Positions 11,586-22,607 of a stretch of DNA of 25,202 bases are shown piece after piece. Positions within the stretch are counted from its first letter, which is position 1. The number at the start of each line of letters is the position of its first letter. Position numbers and translations under genes: made by a program. Source of the stretch: Spongospora subterranea f. sp. subterranea (lineage: Eukaryota); the NCBI GenBank assembly GCA_049724395.1, contig JAUGWO010000152.1, forward strand, positions 62,001 through 87,202, in the 5' to 3' direction. Below the pieces are notes generated by a model. That model searched no databases. It had not been told where the DNA came from and was given only the letters and a program-made list of their open reading frames with translations.

Positions 11586-11674
11586 TGAGTTAGCCTGTCG
11601 ACTTGGGTTGTGAGTCAGCAAGCCCAATAACCTGTTGACTCAACAGTAAAAACCAGAGAATTCAACGTGACTCA
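11586..11674. promoter_or_regulatory. Cluster of AP-1/GCN4-like TGA(C/G)TCA sites in the promoter of the CBM18 gene
   Basis: Perfect heptamers at 11611-17, 11636-42 (inside palindrome CTGTTGA-C-TCAACAG) and 11668-74; one-mismatch copy at 11586-92. Confidence 0.55.
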
Positions 11675-11989
11675 TGCAGATAATCATATTTGACATAAAT
11701 GCTGAAACTTCGGTAGGTTGCCCAATGCAACCTCAACACCCATCCATAATCGCCGGCAGGCTACAACGAAGCCTGTTTTGTGAGTACCTCACCAACCAAT
11801 CTCATCGTCATATTTACGAACTTCGCGAAGTGCTGATAGTCCTTTTTTGGAGTTTTCCTCTCTCCATCAGATAGACCGTGCCGCTTGGTCAATGTGATCG
11901 ATGATCGATGGGTTTCGTATGTTCCTGTTGGGGCTCCTGATTTCTCGGTACTGTAGTTTCTGACGTTTAATTTCAAAGAACAACTAACT

Positions 11990-13515
11990 GGACGTCGCAC
12001 TTTGTAATGGGCGTTGGGTTTACCAGGAGTATAGATCTGACCGCATTCGAGCAAGTACTACTGAGGAACCTCAGGCCGAGGCAGAAAGCACTATTACAGG
12101 ATATCAAGTCTTCCATTGATTGCCTCCCCTCATCCCCATATAAAAACCCAGATGTCGGACTATGAATAATTGGAAGTTTCCAACGCGATCAGGGACATCA
12201 GAAAAGTGAAACCAAGCAAATCCTCAATGTGTGGCTCGATGCCATGGTCCTTGGCCTCATAAAAAATTTTATCAACGCCAATTCATCTTCAGATCCAGTA
12301 ACCAATTCCGACATCACTGCGTTCATTCGTGTCGAATTGATGCTTGCATTTTACAAGGTGTCACACGCTGCTCTTCAACCCCGATCATCGTAACGACTTC
12401 CCTCTACTGGCATTGGAAATGAATTTCCAACGCTATAAAAAATTCTCAAGGCATTGTCGAGCAGTATTTTGGAAACCATAGTCTCCAGCAGCGGCAACTG
12501 ACGTCCTCCTATCGCTAACAATTGTGTCGAATGCCACTTCATTGTGCTGTGGTGGTCATGTGGCTTCAAGGAAGGATTTCACACTCAATTGCGGCAAAAT
12601 TGTTTTACGATTTACAACGCTTACCACACATTCATTCATAGTCGTTCCGAAGCATTTTTGCTGAGCGATGAATGTATCTCGTTCCGGATGTTTTAATCGC
12701 AACGATCCCGACAACTATCGTTTCGACAGTTCTGCTCGTTGTTGGCAAACGACCTCACAGTTCAGGTGGCCGGATTAGAGGCAGAGTCCAGCGACGTGGA
12801 CAGTCTGGTCCAGACAGCACCTGAAGGGGTAGTTGAGAACGCGTACAACATACGGGAATCATATTTCAGGCGAACCAAGCTAATTGCCAAATGGCGAAAC
12901 GTCAGACTACAACACGAGGCTCTCTCCTCAAGTTCCCAGCTCAGCTGTATCTGGTGTTGCCGTAGGACGCAGATGCATGCTGATGAAGTGATTCATTCTC
13001 GTCATGGACGGAAGACAAAATGGAAGTGTTCAGTTTGTGATTTGGCACTTTGCAAAGTTAATCGTTCTGACGCAAACAGCTGTTTTCAGCTGTTTTGATG
13101 AAAGTGAACAGCTGCTTGACCCGTGCCAAGATCATGGCCATGATATTTCAGTGCGAACTCACTCGAACAGGCTTCCACCACCGAAGCGTGCGCGTTCGGA
13201 ACGACGTAGATTGTAATGTGAGCCTAGGGTGAAAAAAGTAACCTGAGCGAAATACTAAACATACTATATTCACCTGAGATACGATTTTTTTGCATGTAAG
13301 CTTGATCTTGATACTTGAAATTTTGTCCTACCCGACTTTTTTCGTAGGACAGAATGGTCAAATTCGACCTAGCACCAGGAACGGAAAAAATCAATAACTC
13401 AATCCAAAAATCTTTGCGATCGGTCCTAACTTTTTTTTATTGGACCAATTTTGAGATCAGAAATTGCGCTTTGTCCGTCCGTTTTGTCCTAGTACCAGCG
13501 AAATGTCCGGGGTTA
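11990..13515 (+). mobile_element. Degenerate, internally deleted piggyBac-like DNA transposon
   Basis: N-terminal piggyBac-like segment at ~12205-12470 (QILNVWLD.MVLGLIKNFINAN...VTNSDITAFIRVELML; DFPLLALEMNFQRYKK/LKAL). IYNAYH at ~12610. C-terminal Cys-rich domain CIWCC...GRKTKWKCSVCDLALC...SCFQLF ending 13098. Stops and frameshifts present; no DDD core found; left boundary approximate. Confidence 0.72.
13321..13515. repeat. Subterminal direct/inverted repeats and probable right terminus of the piggyBac-like element
   Basis: TGTCCTAC(13324-31)/GTAGGACA(13344-51) inverted pair; TTTTGTCCTA at 13321 and 13482; CCTAGYACCAG at 13368 and 13488; ends GTCCGGGG-TTA(C), resembling the piggyBac ...GGG|TTAA end. 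Confidence 0.5.
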
Positions 13516-13685
13516 CACAGTGCTCCCTCAATCCATGACCACGGAGTATTCGAACACTTGCAGACAGGGACCAAAGCTAAAAATAAACTCCTATTGACAA
13601 ATGGGGCCTGTTCCTGTATATAATGCGTCTTGAACTGGTATCGCACAATTGATACCTGTGTCATAGCGATTCTAATCGTTTGCGG

Positions 13686-16684
13686 ATGATGTCGACTAAA
13701 AATGAACGAACTTTCCTCTGTTCCTGTTTCTTCGACCATGGAACCATGATCCTCGTGATAATACTATGCTGCCAATACGGGAGCCCAGCTTCCACCATCG
13801 ATCGCGACCATCAGGTCTAATTCTTTAATGGACCATTCATGAAGTTAATTTCAACACACTTGTATTCCCAGATCGATGATGTTGCCCGGTCGCATCAACC
13901 ATTCGACGATAACATGACTCTCGAACAAGTGGTAACCCAAAGGGACATCAATCGCCCACCGCAAATTCAAGACGCTGCTGGTTCAAGTTCTTCAAAAATC
14001 GCCGAAAATGACTCCAGAAAACTCTCTGGTCCAAATCCGTCAATATCTACAGATCGCAGCTCCGATTCCGCATCGCCATCAAGACATGTGTTCGCGATTA
14101 AATCTAACCAAGATCCAACTGGTACATTCTCTGATTCGACAATGTTTATGATTAATCCCTATATAAAAATACAGCGATCATCTCGCTGATGTCCAAAGGG
14201 CATAAAAAACAAGCGATGGCGAGACTGAGTAGAGTTTGTTAATCCATAATCTAGAACGTATTGAGAGACATTCGGCTGATGTTTTTATAGGTATTGCAAA
14301 ATGTTGAGTCTCTTCTCAGGTCGTTTTCCCACTATGGATCACGTCAATACGGCCGCTGCGACGTGGCAATCTGTGATTAACTGTGGAGGAGAAAAGATGC
14401 ATTTCGTTGAGCTGTTTATGCAATTATTCACAAATGTCTGTCGTGACTTATCTAGTGAATCAGTCGTCCCATCAAATCCACTTACAGCCTACTGGATATT
14501 ATTTCGTGTAATTTCCACATATCTGCAGTGTGTGGTCAGCTCTAAGACTCTGTTTAGTCGGCCCTGCGCCTTGATCGAGTTCCGGACGAATTTGCCGCAA
14601 ATATTTGGCACTTGACTTTTCTTCAGACGTCTTGCCCAAATAAGTGTTCGAGGAAGTGCATGCGTTTACTCAGTGTATTAAAAAAGCCAGAGTTACTCTC
14701 GCTGATTGCTGATATACACAAGTATATTGACCCTAACTTGTAAGGTTTGTTCTCATCATAATCAGTTGTCATTCAAAATCATGTATCATCCAGGGGCGGA
14801 CTTTGGGCTAGAGTCGACAATAACCATTTGCTTTTTGCCTTGCGTTTCATGAAGAAGATTTACAATCAGAATTTGGCGAGGAATGATGCGGTGCCTTTTG
14901 AACACTTTTATAACGACATGATCACCATTTCATTGTCTGAAAATGCAAACAGCCTAACTCATCAAAAAAAAGTTATTATCTCAAAATATCCCTTCGTCAT
15001 TGGGCTGCAAGTGAAGCAGAAACTTCTGAAACTGAGTTTCAAACTCGTTTGTTACTCGGTATCAATTACGGTATACTTAAAGAACATGATTTTCACCCTT
15101 GTCTGAATCGTTTGAGATTTGATAATTCAATTCAAAAGTTGCCCATCTACAGCTAATGTCTTGTCTTGATTTGTCTCCAGGTCAATCGTGAATCTGTGAT
15201 CGACGATGCAATAGCTGCGGTTGATGACATCCAGCAGAGTTTATTTATGGATGATATTAAGGTTAGTCATTGTCTCCCAGAATTGGGTCTCAAAACCCAA
15301 TGCCATTTCAGGTCTCGTTCAAAGGAGAACTTGGTCAGGACCGCGGTGGTCTCACGAAGGAATTCTTCAACTTATTCTCCTTAAAACTACCTGAAGGTAA
15401 ACCGTGCTGCTGTCAGAATCTTTGAAACAGTTAGTGACATCGTGGTTAATCAGATAAGGTTTTTGTAGTTGATGACGAGACTGGAAATATGTGGTTTAAT
15501 CCGAAGAGTTCTCACGAGTTGGACCGATTGTATCGCATTGGTTCGTTGCACGACTTGACTTGATGTTTGTCATTGAAACAGGGCAAATTTGTTTGTTCGA
15601 TAAGTATTAATGCAAATGGAGTTATGGTTGTTCAAGTTCTCATTCACCAGATGTTTTCCCAAATTGTTTGGTCGCTGAAGCCTTTCAGGTGCCATCATAG
15701 GATTAGGGTTTCGTCTCCAGATACCTATGGCTCTGCACTTTCCTGAATGTTTCTATAAGCACATATTAGGCAAACCAACTGGGATGAAAGATCTGGCATC
15801 CTATAGCCCAGCACTCTACCGAAGTATGCAATACCTTTTGGATCCGTCTCGAACAGCAGGTGATGGTCGGATTTGTTCTGTTCAACAATTCCTCAATTTT
15901 TTTGTCAAAAGATGACATGGCTATCATGAATCTTCCATTCGAACTAAATCAGAAACCGACGCAAACAGGAAAACGTCGACACCGCTACGAACGTGATGAA
16001 CCGAAGCGAATTAGGCACGATCAGGGCCATGGCGACCTGAAAACCAAACTAGTTGATCTCGCCAACCGCTTTGAATATGTTGAAGCCTATACACAGAAAC
16101 TCCTGTTTACTGACGTGAAAAAGCAATATCAAGCCTTTTGCAAAGGGTATTCTTATCGTCGTCTTTTCTCGTTGGCTACAACAATGCTTAACCAACATTT
16201 TTTTCCAGCTTTCGTAAAATCATTGCCAAAGAGCCTATGCCTTCATTGAATCATCGTGAACTGGAGTTGCTTCTTTGTGGGTCTGCAGCATATGATTTTG
16301 CTGACCTTCGACAATTTACCAGGTCCGACCTGCTTTGGAAATCCTTTTCCGCTCTCTGACGTGCTGAATAGGTTGGCACTACAATATTCGGAGGACCATC
16401 CGGTGATCAAGAATTTCTGGGAGGTTTTATTCGAGTTAGACAGTGAAGATAAGAAACTTTTTTTGCAGTTCGTGACAGGAAACTGTCGCCTTCCTGTTGG
16501 AGGTGCCGCCGCCCTCCGACCCCATTTCACAATTCACTGGGTATCTTCAGATCTTACTATGAACCTACCATGCTCTCACACCTGCGCCAATATACTTGAA
16601 TTACCGCCATATTCGAACAAGGAGACTTTACAAGACAAACTTCTCAAAGCCATTCGAGAATGTGGGCAATTCTCTTTTAGATGA
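13686..16684 (+). CDS. HECT-domain E3 ubiquitin ligase (UBE3A/HERC-like C-terminal region), multi-exon
   Basis: VPFEHFYND, KYPFVI, VSFKGELGQDRGGLTKEFF, WFNP, LHFPECFYKHILG, ELELLLCG, VIKNFWEVL...FLQFVTG..RLP, catalytic LPCSHTCANILELPPY; TGA at 16682-84. Start either 13686 or 13746. Confidence 0.93.
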
Positions 16685-16975
16685 TTTCGTTTCGTGAATA
16701 TAGTTTCCGTGTCTTTATTTCACTAACTCTCACCGTTTCGACGTGTTTGCGCCTCATTGCGTTTTCTTTGCTGAAAATAAATCAATCACGAATGTTCTTA
16801 GTACTATGATGCTTTGACCTTTAGTAGGGACTGGCACAACCCAACGGGAATGGCAACTGAGGCGATGTTTGGCGACCAGCCAAAGCAAACACAATGAGTC
16901 CAAGACTGTCAGGGGATGAATTTATCAAACAGTATTGTCATATAAGTAATTAGTTATAAACTTTGACCAGAACCG

Positions 16976-17780
16976 ATGTCGCTTTTCAATGGGAGCCCAC
17001 CAGCAGATCGTGCATTCTCAATGTTGAAGTTCGCATTTGTCCAGGCCCCTGTTTTCAAACATGTTGACCCTGCTCTAGGCACCGTTGTTGAAGCTGATGC
17101 CTCCGATTTTACTCTGAGCGCTATTTTGTCTCAACAACAACATCGTGATGGGTTATATTTTGTCGCCTTTTATTCACGAAAGCTAACTCCAAGCTGAGCT
17201 GAACTACTACGAAATATATGACAAGGAGCTACTTTCGACTGTTCCTTTTTTCCAGACATGGCGCCATTACGTTGACGGCTCAAGTTCCCCTATCCTCGTG
17301 ATAAGCGATCACAAGAATCTCGAGTGGTTCATGATGTCAAAGCATTTGAATCGTGGACAAGAGCGTTGGTCAGTATTTCTGTCGGAATTCAATTTTGACA
17401 CCCGCCATCGTCCACGGTCCCTTACTCAAAAGCCAGATGCATTGTCACGTCGTCCTGACCTTTCTAAGAGTCCTGACCTCAATCTTCAACAACCCGTATT
17501 TGCCAATTCGCGCTTCGTGAATGCGATGACTCTGTGCCCATTAAAACCTGAGCGTGTACACGACATAACAAAGCAATTGCAAATTATGTCCTCTTGTCCA
17601 CGATTCTCCAATAGCTGGTCATTTCGATATCAGTAAGACTTGTGAGTTGAATACCAGGCGTTTACGTGGCCTGCAATGCGCTCGATGGTCAAGTCTTTCG
17701 TTGGATCTTGTGGCGTTTGTGCGCGGTCAAAGGTTTCCCGCTGGAAACCTTCGGGACTATATACATCCACTTCCCATTCA
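16976..17780 (+). mobile_element. Ty3/gypsy LTR-retrotransposon pol remnant (RT-RNase H connection, RNase H, integrase Zn finger)
   Basis: [77 protein letters not shown]...KPSGL; several frameshifts and deletions; no LTR seen. Confidence 0.93.
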
Positions 17781-17895
17781 AAGCTGTGTTCCCATCATTA
17801 TCCGCTAAGTTCGGGTCAGCACCTCTTTCAAACAACAGCTGGGCGATTTGGAGACTGCGACAAAACCCATCATCATGTTCATCAGAATCTCTGCA
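17781..17895 (-). pseudogene. Orphan ankyrin-repeat exon with upstream intron remnant
   Basis: Encodes LQIAQLLFERGADPNLADNDGNTA; 17785-17847 matches 23489-23551 at 61/63 nt; preceded by an acceptor GGGTTTTGTCGCAG resembling the paralogous GGGGTTTTTAGCAG. Confidence 0.88.
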
Positions 17896-18177
17896 ATACC
17901 TGTTCCTGTGATAATGATATCACAATAATGACCAATTACTTCTAATGATTGTGATATTATATCCCAAACGGGTACAGACTATGAATGATAATGAAATATA
18001 ACGGGACACTATAAAGCAGCCCAAGGCCCAAGAGTAAGGTCAAGTGGACTTGTACTTGTACAGCACTAATATTTCGTCATCAAAATCACAAACAACCGGA
18101 TGAGTCTTTTCTGTGTTTTTGGAGTTAAAAATTACGGGAAAACTGTGATTTGATTATTGGAAATACAGTTTATTCTG

Positions 18178-20130
18178 CTATTTGCGAGAGAGGGGTGTAT
18201 TGAACAATTTTAGGGGTCTAACGGCATCTTTCATCTTTGAGGAAATTGAGTTTTCACTTAGTGAGTTGAGGTGGTTCTTGAATTCGCTACAGAACCTGAT
18301 CGCATGTTCGGAATCCGTCCGCGATCCAGAGATGCCCCGTTAGATGCATTAATGCGTTTTGAATGCATCTACGACGAATCCCCCAACGATTTCTCGGAGG
18401 AATTTGCAAGTTTCGTCAGGCTCCAATTTCGTGCCTATCTCGCTGGCGATCCGTTGGTCGCAGTACTTGTCGGAGGTGCTCGTTGACACAAATATCGCAC
18501 ACCTGCATGACCAAGGTCATACCCGCCTCGACCAAAGCGATCATGATTCGTGCAGAAGGTGCTCGCGGTTATATCGCAAGACCCAGTTATCCATAAAGTG
18601 TGTGTGAGATCGATCCCACCTCCACCCGATGGTTTTTTTCAGGAAAAAGGCTCAATAGAAAGGTGAGAAATAGAAGTGAGCTGAGTCAGTGAGAACCGTC
18701 TGTTTGTTGGTCGTCTATTCGTGGAACAGATCTCCCCCAAATCTGCCCGTCATTATTCCGCTTTGTGGCAGCAACCGTGAAGATCGCCAGCTCGGCAGCG
18801 ACGGCAATGGTCAACCCGACCTTCTCGTTATCAACAGGGTTCACCCTAAAAGTACGATTGACACCAACACGGGCGCCACAACGGTCCTTCGTACCTTGAA
18901 ACTGCATGAACATCTCATCCGCAGCGATGACGATATCAACGTTGTTCGTTTGAAACACCTGGCAGGTGTGAAGCGGGTGCGTCTCGGCACTAGTTTTCCA
19001 ATCAGCAGAAACCGTCTGAGATATCGAAAATTTCCGGTTCGACCATCTGAATCGGTCCTTGGTGCGTTTGACGAACATTTAAAGATTTTGCCGTTGTGAA
19101 ACAACTTGCTTGAACTCAGTTGATACAAGGGAGCCGATATAATGCGATCTGATTGCTTGAAGAACTTGCTCATTTGTACACGGATTGCCATTATCCCATC
19201 TCTCACCAATCAATGTATCCAAATAAAAAGTCTTCATCTGGATTTATCGGGTCGCGTCCCAAGGGACCCACCACGCTCACACGATGTCAATTCCGCTTCA
19301 CTACTTGCTCTTGCCTTGTGTGCCAGGGATTGTCGGAGGGAACGTCAATGACAATCCCTCTTTTGAAGACGTCAAAGATTTGGGAATATATTCCGCAACG
19401 TTTGACAAACTTGTCGGGCGAAGTGTTTCAACACTATTGACTGCAGAGCAATCGGGCTCTTTCATTGATGGGAACAACAATGGCACCCACTTTCGACGAA
19501 CCGTCTCATAATACACCCACTTTTGCATTGTGTTGGGTTTTAGGCAACGGCGCGCGGCAGAGAGTGACAACTTGGAATTGCCAAGGACGAATATAAGAAT
19601 CGGGCTCATTGTGAACAACGACCAGTGCGGCGCTATTCATAAGAGTTTTTTGACAATGCTCAACAACCTTGGGCATCCAGCAAAGGGCAGTTTTGCCAAC
19701 GTAGACGACCAACACGGGATAAACTGGATATAATAACGGTTAGCCGAGTTTGGCGCCGCACAGATCAGTCTTTGATTGCCGGAAGCGTTGATGCAGGCGT
19801 TTCCCATCGCAAGAAAGTGGTCGAAAGCAGAGACATGACGATATTTGTTCGGCAGTATCGGGCGCGCCTCTAATAGAAAGCGAGGGACCCTTAGAGGAAT
19901 TATTGAGGCGACAGGAATTCCTCTTTCTATGGTGCACAGAAATGTAAAAAGTGGAATCATTGGTCGTCAAACCAGTTCGTTTAAACCCAAGTTTACTGAG
20001 GCGAATTAAGTCGCAGGGTTTCCGATTGTGCACTTCAAAACTAAGAAGGACCGGTTTCCTGTGTCGCTGCCCTGTGATTTGAATAACCTGAAGAATGCAC
20101 AAACAACTGTCATAAATAATGACGACCACT
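18178..20130 (-). mobile_element. Degenerate pogo/Tigger-like (Tc1/mariner superfamily, DDE_1) transposase; upstream extent uncertain
   Basis: Across frameshifts: HTH-like ERWDNGNPCTNEQV...FVKRTKDRFRWSNRKFSISQTV; first Asp VIAADEMF; NEKVGLTIAV; second Asp IGWRWDRSHTH; third Asp AGMTLVMQVCDICVN. Core ~18400-19270. No TIR pair found. Confidence 0.78.
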
Positions 20131-20339
20131 CGTTGTCAATAAAAAAAAATTGAATGTTGTTTTCCTTGCTGTTTTTTTTTTCTGGAAAAGTAAGAGTTCT
20201 ACAAACAGCGGTTTTGGTTAAATAATGTGAAGGTGTGTGGTTTCATCTCGCCATATCGACCACTTATTTTGGAACAAAGAATAGAAACCCGAATCGACCA
20301 GTTATTTTGGAGCGGAGGTGTTGGAATAGTCTTTGTCTG

Positions 20340-20890
20340 TCACAATAATTCCAGTGTTGTTCATTGTAATACTTGAAGGTTTCCAAGATGGCAAAGATGA
20401 CTAAAAGACCATTTCTTGCTCGAAATCCATCAGAATGGAGTAAAACATTAATGGCATTGATTTTCTCTGATATTAAAGGTCCTCTGCCACCTGCTTTCAA
20501 GTCAGGATCAAAGTACTTCATCACATTTATTGACGATTTTACAATATACTCGATGGTATATTTTATCAAATTTAAATCGAAGGCATCGAACAAGTTGAAG
20601 GAATATGTTGCTGAGATTCAGCGAAGATTTGCGGTCAAATCAGGGTCACAGAAACCAATTTGGTCAGTTTTCAGAGTGACGGTGGTGGAGAATATTGTTC
20701 GCAAATCATCCAGGATGATTTTCGTTCTTGTGGCATTAATCATCGCATTACAACCCCATATTCTCCTGAATCAGATGGTGTTGCTGAAGATCAAATCGAG
20801 CCATAATGGGACAGCTGAGGCGACGAGCACGAACGAAAAGCTGCCTCAAATGTTCTTGGCCGATGCGAGGAATCGATATAGGTAATTGGG
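20340..20890 (+). mobile_element. Ty1/copia integrase remnant
   Basis: HCNT*...AKMTKRPF, LIFSDIKGP...GSKYFITFIDDFTIYSMVYFIK.KS, then after a frameshift QSDGGGEY...GINH..TTPYSPESDGVAE, KLPQMF. Confidence 0.93.
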
Positions 20891-21569
20891 TAATCGGAAG
20901 ATCATATTCACGACGATAGGAACACGTCACGACCTCTGACAAGAGAGTGGGTTGGGCAATTGGACGTGTTATCAGTGGCAAAAAAGCAAATAATGGAAAA
21001 ACCGGATGAATGATTGTTTAACAACTTATGGGGAGCGGTCCTACAGAGCTGCCAGACAAAGGTGCAGATATAGTTATATCCACAACCACTCCCCTGGACG
21101 ATCGATGAATCTTGGAAACACATCGAAATACCAATACAGTACGATTTTCCGACACGAAAACATCCTCTGCTCAAATTCAACATCGTGAGCATCATCAAAC
21201 ACGCATTGCCAATATGACAAACGATTGATAAATCAATTGTGTGAAATGTTTCGAGAGAAGCACAATCGTGGGAACACTATGGGACGTTTGTTGCGAAGAG
21301 TGCAATGATAAGGGCAATGTAGAAACTTTCGCTCTGCTGAATTCGAGAATCACAACAATTGTGTAGGGTTGACAGCACAGATAATCGACTACAGTACATC
21401 GTAGAGGAAGTTGTATTTACATGTACCACATATCGTATGATCATTTAGACAAACCAAAACGTGATATGCAGTTTTGCCTCATGTTGAAGACCATTATAAG
21501 GTCTGTCGATATTTGCAAATAGAAGAAATCAATACGTGTGGTCGATTTGGCCCTGGTTCTGGTTTTGCA

Positions 21570-22061
21570 TTAAAGTTGTTTTAAAAATTCAAAAATATTC
21601 AGAAGTACAATAAATGTTTGTTCTAGCAACTCCAACGCCGAACTATATAGGTCTCCAGATCTCGTTATCAGCGATAGTCGATACGCCCTTGTTGATCCCG
21701 GTTAATGGCCAATCCTAGTACCTGTGATTTGTTCCCACAAGGACTCCCACGTTCCCAAACAACTTTGAATCGTTTGGCGCCACAAATGCAATGGTCAATG
21801 AAATGCGTTGGCGGAACGTGATGAAGGATTCTGACAAAGCTTATTCGACTCAAAAAAGATTAATGCCAAATAAAATGGAACATTCTTCTGGTAGAACACA
21901 ACACTCGAGCTGGGAACAAGTAATTGATCTGATACTCAAAAGGTTACCAGCACCAATGGGATTTCCATTTCAAATTGATCGAGAAATTCAGCGGCACCAG
22001 CGAAAACCAGTACACAGAAGAATAGAGTTGATAGGGAGAAGGTGTTTGTTTCCAGGGGCAT
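21570..22061 (-). CDS. Possible small secreted protein (or its pseudogene), spliced; downstream exons unresolved
   Basis: ATG at 22061: MPLETNTFSLSTLFFCVLVFAGAA-EFLDQFEMEIPLVL followed by a GTAACC donor at 21947. No recognisable domain. Confidence 0.3.
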
Positions 22062-22607
22062 CGTATTTGTGAGCGAGATATAAAACAGTAATGATGATGG
22101 TTGGTCAAGTTGAATGCGCCTCCTGAAACAATGAAACTGTGCACCGTATCCAATGTGAGATGATATTCCCACTACATCACCATGGATTACTCATCGTGCA
22201 CATGGAAGAACAGGCCACTTTTCCTAGCGCATCCTGTTGAGTCAATCAAGAGATTGGTTTGCGCTTTACCACCTATAGATGATTGCGATTTTGATTTAAG
22301 AGAAGTGTCTGTATCCAGAAAGTGGCCGAACTGCTCATTTTTTAGACTTGCGGTTCTAGGTGCGATACTGATGATCAACATGACCCGAATTGGGAAATAT
22401 TGGGCGATTACGTCTTGACCGTATCATGACAGACCGCCCTGATCTCCAAACTGATTCCGTTCATTCACGGCATGATTCAAAATTGCACTGTTTTCCTTTC
22501 GCATCTAGAAGAATGTGATTGGGGACAAACCGAAATCTACAGTACTGTGTGCCAACGTGGACGGAGTGAAATCTGCCAAAAAAAGCAGCAATTTTATACA
22601 AAGCACT

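Noticed and set aside
11538..11627. 30-aa N-terminal extension of the CBM18 ORF in the ORF track
   Set aside because: TTG start; the ATG at 11537 directly precedes the signal peptide, and the extension overlaps the promoter motifs.
12061..12074. Palindrome CTGAGG-AA-CCTCAG
   Set aside because: 6-bp arms are expected by chance; no context.
17917..17957. 10-bp inverted repeat ATATCACAAT/ATTGTGATAT
   Set aside because: Isolated and AT-rich, too short for a MITE call, and no function supportable.
18271..19733. Several + strand ORFs of 67-136 aa
   Set aside because: Antisense to the pogo-like transposase remnant; no motifs.
20900..21220. Coding-looking stretch after the copia fragment (PWTIDESWKHIEIP...)
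   Set aside because: Interrupted by stops and not assignable to any family by eye.
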